DNA from: Paenalcaligenes sp.
GTDB lineage: Bacteria > Pseudomonadota > Gammaproteobacteria > Burkholderiales > Burkholderiaceae_B
Length of the DNA stretch: 64,000 bases
Assembly (NCBI GenBank): GCA_027317645.1
Contig: DAHVQS010000003.1
Span: 9,236-73,235 of the forward strand
Direction of reading: 5' to 3'
Position 1 is the first letter of the stretch, and each line of letters starts with the position of its first letter. Made by a program: the position numbers and the translations under genes. The notes beneath the pieces were generated by a model that saw only the letters and a program-made list of their open reading frames with translations, made no database searches and was not told the origin of the DNA. This document shows positions 59,625 to 64,000 of this stretch, one piece after another.

Positions 59625-59674
59625 TTTCTAGTAGTTTTAGTCGATGTTCTCGACAATCAATTGACCTCCAATTT

Positions 59675-59704
59675 GCCCATCGTTTATCGATGGGCTTTTT
59701 TTTT
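59675..59704 (+). terminator. Intrinsic terminator ending the xsc operon
   Basis: GCCCATCG-TTTAT-CGATGGGC followed by TTTTTTTTT. Confidence 0.8.
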
Positions 59705-59844
59705 GCAAGGCCCCGAGGAAACTTCGTTACGATGCCTGCAATGCTGATTGTTTGGGCTATGTAGTGAGCCTGTGGGTCGGCCTGCAGGGTCTGTTTTTTG
59801 ATGTCTCGCTTCGCTCGAAACATCTGCAAAACATTCCCTTCCGG

Positions 59845-59900
59845 CCGTTTGGGTAGGTAGCCGTTTAGGTAGGTAGCTGTTTGGGCAGGTGCTGTTGGGT
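59845..59900. repeat. About 3.5 tandem copies of a 15-16-nt G/T-rich unit
   Basis: CCGTTTGGGTAGGTAG / CCGTTTAGGTAGGTAG / CTGTTTGGGCAGGTG / CTGTTGGGT. It abuts the stop codon of the lrp-like gene. Confidence 0.7.
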
Positions 59901-60358
59901 TACCACATGAGGGGCAGTTGGGGCTGGTTTTTGATTTCCCTTAAGACGACGATGGTGCGGGTTTGGCGTACTGCGGGTAGGTTGAAAAAGAATCGATGTA
60001 GGAATCGATCGTATTGTTCTGGGTCTGGTACCACTATTTTCAGTAAAAAGTCCGCATCGCCAGTGACGGCGTAGCAGGCGACGATTTCGGGTGCGTCCAT
60101 GACTGCCTGGATGAAGTTTTCCACTCGGTTGGATGAGTGTCTATCGAGGCTTATTTGCGCAAACATGCAGCTTTGTAGGCCTACCAAGTTTCTGTCTACT
60201 GCTGCGTGGTAGCCAGTGATGATCTTTTTTTCTTCCAAATTTTTGATGCGTCTCCAGACGGGTGCGACGGATAGGCCGACTTGCTCTGAGACTTGCTGTA
60301 CCGAGGCTTTGGCGTTGTTTTGCAAGGATCCTAGTATTTTTAGGTCAATCTTATCCAT
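59900..60358 (-). CDS. Lrp/AsnC-family transcriptional regulator
   Basis: 152 aa. Starts MDKIDLKILGSLQNNAKASVQQVSEQVGLSVAPVWRRIKNLE. C-terminal RAM domain. Confidence 0.9.
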   Translation of the reverse strand: MDKIDLKILGSLQNNAKASVQQVSEQVGLSVAPVWRRIKNLEEKKIITGYHAAVDRNLVGLQSCMFAQISLDRHSSNRVENFIQAVMDAPEIVACYAVTGDADFLLKIVVPDPEQYDRFLHRFFFNLPAVRQTRTIVVLREIKNQPQLPLMW

Positions 60359-60466
60359 TTTTCCTCCTTTTCCAAATGTTTGTTTGGTTTATTAGGGATT
60401 TTACGCAATAAAAAGGAAAAAAAATAGCGCTGTAAAGAAAGTATTATGGGTTTAAAGGAGGTTGTT

Positions 60467-63400
60467 ATGCGTCAGACAATTAATTTAGAGTATGAGTTAA
60501 ATCAAAATGTTCAGGTTCAGTCCGGGCGCATTTTCCTTACGGGGACGCAGGCGTTGTTGCGCATGTTGTTGAGTCAGGCGCAGCGTGATCAGGCACAGGG
60601 TTTGAATACAGCCGGTTTTGTTTCTGGTTATCGCGGGTCCCCTTTGGGTGGGGTAGATGCGACTTTGTGGCGTCATCAACAAGAATTACAAGATGCCAAT
60701 ATCCGTTTTCAGCCAGCCATTAATGAGGATTTGGCGGCGACGATGCTGATGGGGACGCAGCAGTTAGACACGCATCCCGATAAAGAGGTGGATGGGGTGT
60801 TTGGCATGTGGTATGGCAAGGGCCCGGGCGTGGATCGCTCAGGTGATGCGTTGTTGCATGGTCATGCGGCGGGTGCCAGCCATCGAGGTGGGGTGTTGGT
60901 GGTGGTGGGTGATGATCATGCTGGGGTGTCTTCTTCGGTCCCTCATGGTAGTGAGCAGGCGTTGCGTCATTTGCGTATGCCCATTGTGCATCCTTCTTCG
61001 GTCCAAGAGTACGAGTATTTCGGTTTATGGGGCTGGGCGTTGTCTCGTTATTCTGGGGCATGGGTGGCGTTTAAGGCGATTACCGAGACGGTTGAGAGTG
61101 GGCGCAGTTTTGAGATTCCGCCTGTGCCAATGTTTGATATTTTACAGACGCCTTCTGAGCATGCACGCAGTTATGATGCGCGTCCTTTTTTAACTCCCGA
61201 GATTGAGCAAAATATTGAGTTGCGTTTGCGTGCTGTCGAAGAGTTTGCACGTGCTCATCCGTTGGATCGTTTGTTAGAGGCGGCGCCTGAGGCGCGTTTG
61301 GGGATTGTCAGTAGTGGCAAGAGTACGCTTGATGTTCAGCAGGCCTTAGATCTGTTGGCTCAGGAGTATGGGTCTTCTTTTCCTGCGGTTCGCCATTATA
61401 AGGTTGGGTTGGTGTGGCCTTTAGAGGCTACAGGCTTGCTGGATTTTGTGCGCGGTTTGGATCATGTGTTGGTTGTGGAGGAAAAGGGCGATTTTATAGA
61501 AGCGCAGGTCAGAAATTTGCTTTATGGGCGTCGCCATCAACCGACGGTGGTGGGTAAAAAAGATGCGCAGCAGGCCGCGTTGATTCCTTCTTCGGGGCAG
61601 TTGAGTCCGTCCATTGTCAAAAGGGCTTTGCTGCGGTGGTTGGCGCAGTCTGATGCTCGGTTTGCTGATCAGCCTGAGCAGGCGATTGTGGCGCCAACGG
61701 TCAAGCCGTTGCATAGTTTTGGTTTGACGCGCCGCCCTTATTTTTGTTCGGGTTGTCCGCACAGTACATCAACGCGGGTGCCAGAGGGCAGCAAGGCGTT
61801 GGCGGGGGTTGGGTGCCATTATATGGCCGCCTGGATGGATCGTAATACCCAGGGGCTGACGCAAATGGGGGGCGAGGGGGCGGATTGGATTGGTGCTTCG
61901 GCATTTATGCAGGGGGCGCATATTTTCCAAAATATGGGCGAGGGGACGTATTTCCACTCAGGTTATTTGTCCATTCGTCAGGCGGTGGCTGCGGGCGCCA
62001 ATATTACTTACAAGATTCTATTTAATGATGCGGTGGCCATGACGGGCGGGCAGCCTGTGGATGGGCCGATTTCAGTGCCGCGTATTTGCCAACAGGTGAT
62101 TGGCGAGGGGGTGACCAAGGTCGTGGTGACGACCGATGAGCCCGAGCGGTACAAGGGGGTTGCTCTGCCGGCAGGGGTAGAGGTACATCACCGTCGTGAG
62201 TTAGATCGGTTGCAGCGTGAGCTACGGGCGATGTCTGGGGTGACGGTGCTCATCCACGATCAGACTTGCGCAGCCGAAAAGCGTCGCCGTCGCAAAAAAA
62301 ATCAGTTTCCAGATCCTGCGCGGCGCATTTATATCCACCCAGAGATTTGTGAGGGGTGTGGCGATTGTGGTGTGCAATCTAATTGTTTGTCTGTGGTCCC
62401 CCTAGAAACTGAATTGGGGCGTAAAAGAGCCATTGATCAATCCAGCTGCAACAAGGATTACAGTTGTGTTGAGGGTTTTTGTCCGAGTTTTATTTCTGTG
62501 CTGGATGCAGCGCCGCGCAAGGCCACGGGATTGGATTTTGACACGCTAGGCGCGCGTCTCGAGGAGAGTTTACAGGATGCAGCGCTGCCCAAGGCTCAGG
62601 CCGCAGATTGTAATTTACTGGTGGCGGGGATTGGTGGTACGGGGGTTGTGACCATCGGTGCTATCGTCGCTATGGCTGCTCATCTCGAGCATCGTGCTTC
62701 TTCGGTATTAGATATTACAGGTTTGGCACAAAAGGGTGGGACAGTCATTAGCCACGTGCGTTTGGGGGCAGGTGATGAGTTGCGTGGGCCTGTGCGCATC
62801 GATGAGCAGCAGGCAGATGTGGCGATTTGGTGCGATTCGGTGGCTGCGACCAACCCAGACGCCGCACGCAGTGTGCGTCCTGGCCATACGCAGGTGTTTA
62901 TTAATGACTATTTAGCACCAACGGCTGAGTTTACCGCGCAACCAGATGTGCAGATGCCCCGTCAGGCATTGGTAGAGCAGCTCACTGAACAGGTCGGTGA
63001 GGATCACAGCCGCGCCTTGGATGCGTATCATTTGGCAGAGCGCCTGCTGGGAGACAGTATTCTGTCCAATATGTTGATGTTGGGGGTGGCTTGGCAGCGC
63101 GGGGCAATTCCTTTGCAATTGGCCGCTATTGAACGAGCAATTGAGCTGAATGGTGTGGCGGTACAAGCTAATAAGCTCGCCTTTCAGGTGGGGCGGGTGT
63201 GGGCGCATGATCCGCGAGTGCTCGACGCTTTACTTGAGCCCGCACAAGAGACGGGGCGGACTGGGCAACGCCCGGAAACAGTGCAGGCAGCATTAGATTT
63301 GTATCTGCCGCGTTTGGTGGCGTATCAAAATGAGGCCTATGCCGCACGCTTCAAAGCCTTGATCGAGGGCCTAGAGCAGGCCGAATCAAGGGTGCGACCA

Positions 63401-63937
63401 GGTGCTCAAGAGCTGACGGTGCAGGCGGCGCACAGCTTATACAAGTTGATGGCTTATAAAGATGAGTATGAGGTTGCCCGCTTATTTTCCTCCTCATCGT
63501 TTATGAGTTCTTTGCACGATCAGTTTGAGGATGGTTTTAGGCTCAATTTGCATTTGGCACCGCCCTTTATTACTCGTTTGGGCAGTGATGGCCGACCGCA
63601 GAAACGCCGCATGGGTCAATGGGTACTGCAGTTGATGCCTTGGTTGGCACGTGCCAAATTTCTGCGGGGGACGCTGTTGGATGTGTTTGGTTATCAAGCA
63701 GAACGCAAAATGGAGCGCGCCCTGCGTGATGAGTTTATCGCTCAAATAGAACAGATCACCGACTGCCTAAGCGAGCATAACTATGATTATCAGTTGCAGC
63801 TCGTCCGTCTGCCCCAAGAGATCCGTGGCTTTGGTCCCGTTAAAGAGGCGGCGGTTGAACGTTATCGTGCCCGCCAACAAGAGCTCATGGATCATGTTCA
63901 AAACGATGACTGGTCGACCGTTGGGCAACCTGTCTAG
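60467..63937 (+). CDS. Fused indolepyruvate ferredoxin oxidoreductase-family protein (alpha plus beta domains)
   Basis: About 1156 aa. ThDP/PFOR-like N-terminal half, Cys cluster CEGCGDCGVQSNC...C, IorB-like C-terminal half. ATG 60467 follows an AAAGGAGG Shine-Dalgarno sequence. Divergent from lrp, as is common. Confidence 0.85.
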   Translation: MRQTINLEYELNQNVQVQSGRIFLTGTQALLRMLLSQAQRDQAQGLNTAGFVSGYRGSPLGGVDATLWRHQQELQDANIRFQPAINEDLAATMLMGTQQLDTHPDKEVDGVFGMWYGKGPGVDRSGDALLHGHAAGASHRGGVLVVVGDDHAGVSSSVPHGSEQALRHLRMPIVHPSSVQEYEYFGLWGWALSRYSGAWVAFKAITETVESGRSFEIPPVPMFDILQTPSEHARSYDARPFLTPEIEQNIELRLRAVEEFARAHPLDRLLEAAPEARLGIVSSGKSTLDVQQALDLLAQEYGSSFPAVRHYKVGLVWPLEATGLLDFVRGLDHVLVVEEKGDFIEAQVRNLLYGRRHQPTVVGKKDAQQAALIPSSGQLSPSIVKRALLRWLAQSDARFADQPEQAIVAPTVKPLHSFGLTRRPYFCSGCPHSTSTRVPEGSKALAGVGCHYMAAWMDRNTQGLTQMGGEGADWIGASAFMQGAHIFQNMGEGTYFHSGYLSIRQAVAAGANITYKILFNDAVAMTGGQPVDGPISVPRICQQVIGEGVTKVVVTTDEPERYKGVALPAGVEVHHRRELDRLQRELRAMSGVTVLIHDQTCAAEKRRRRKKNQFPDPARRIYIHPEICEGCGDCGVQSNCLSVVPLETELGRKRAIDQSSCNKDYSCVEGFCPSFISVLDAAPRKATGLDFDTLGARLEESLQDAALPKAQAADCNLLVAGIGGTGVVTIGAIVAMAAHLEHRASSVLDITGLAQKGGTVISHVRLGAGDELRGPVRIDEQQADVAIWCDSVAATNPDAARSVRPGHTQVFINDYLAPTAEFTAQPDVQMPRQALVEQLTEQVGEDHSRALDAYHLAERLLGDSILSNMLMLGVAWQRGAIPLQLAAIERAIELNGVAVQANKLAFQVGRVWAHDPRVLDALLEPAQETGRTGQRPETVQAALDLYLPRLVAYQNEAYAARFKALIEGLEQAESRVRPGAQELTVQAAHSLYKLMAYKDEYEVARLFSSSSFMSSLHDQFEDGFRLNLHLAPPFITRLGSDGRPQKRRMGQWVLQLMPWLARAKFLRGTLLDVFGYQAERKMERALRDEFIAQIEQITDCLSEHNYDYQLQLVRLPQEIRGFGPVKEAAVERYRARQQELMDHVQNDDWSTVGQPV

Positions 63938-64000
63938 AGGGCCTGCCGAGAGTTGGGGCTCCCGGCTTAGGGCAATGTGGCGTCTCTAGGTTTTAGTGGG

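Noticed and set aside
59605-59829. 74-aa minus-strand ORF downstream of the flavoprotein gene
   Set aside because: It runs across the strong plus-strand terminator hairpin and T-tract, and it has no recognisable features.
59845-59900. The tandem repeat as a CRISPR array
   Set aside because: The units are contiguous 15-16-mers with no spacers, and there are no cas genes.
60720-61961. Pro/His/Thr-rich minus-strand ORFs (60720-61061, 61421-61762, 61701-61904, 61769-61957)
   Set aside because: They are antisense shadows of the G/T-rich IOR coding strand and have low-complexity translations.
1-64000. Phage-defence, toxin-antitoxin, secretion-system or prophage modules
   Set aside because: I found no nucleases, methyltransferase/restriction pairs, reverse transcriptases, STAND/AAA-nuclease fusions, small paired toxin-antitoxin ORFs or phage structural genes. 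The only AAA+/vWA pair is CobS/CobT-like.

Overview
This looks like a chromosomal segment of a betaproteobacterium. The gene order is Burkholderiales-like: obg-rpmA-rplU, hemL-thiE-thiD-like-rubredoxin-yqgE-ruvX, aroQ-accB-accC-prmA-DUF3426, rplM-rpsI-argC-erpA, glyA-nrdR-ribD-ribE. Positions 1 to about 41.9 kb are tightly packed housekeeping genes: translation, cell envelope, and cofactor and amino-acid biosynthesis. This stretch has few oddities. They are a frameshifted carboxylesterase, a ThiD-like protein with degenerate kinase motifs, a 54-aa rubredoxin missing from the ORF track, and an orphan Tat-signal TRAP binding protein. After tRNA-Ser(GGA) at 41797-41887 the character changes. First come an orphan VTC-domain gene, a small lipoprotein and an AT-rich spacer with CTAG-rich twin palindromes. 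Then comes a block of about 16 kb (43.8-59.7 kb) built around the sulfoacetaldehyde desulfonation core: xsc, a short pta translationally coupled to tauE, and a YeiH/TauZ-type exporter. Around that core are a TRAP transporter in Q-P-M order, an IclR regulator, a CobW-like GTPase, a cobS-cobT pair divergent from xsc, and an xsc-downstream trio of a thiG-like gene without thiS, an NTF2/SnoaL-like gene and a DAO-family flavoprotein. No canonical feeder enzyme for sulfoacetaldehyde (Tpa, IseJ, SauST) is recognisable. This block, and especially the thiG-like/NTF2/flavoprotein trio next to xsc, is my best candidate for undescribed biology. The window ends with an Lrp/AsnC regulator divergent from a fused indolepyruvate-ferredoxin-oxidoreductase-family gene. 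I saw no CRISPR, rRNA, transposase, integrase, prophage or recognisable defence genes. All calls rest on hand translation and remembered family motifs. Start codons are my best estimates, and no database search was possible.
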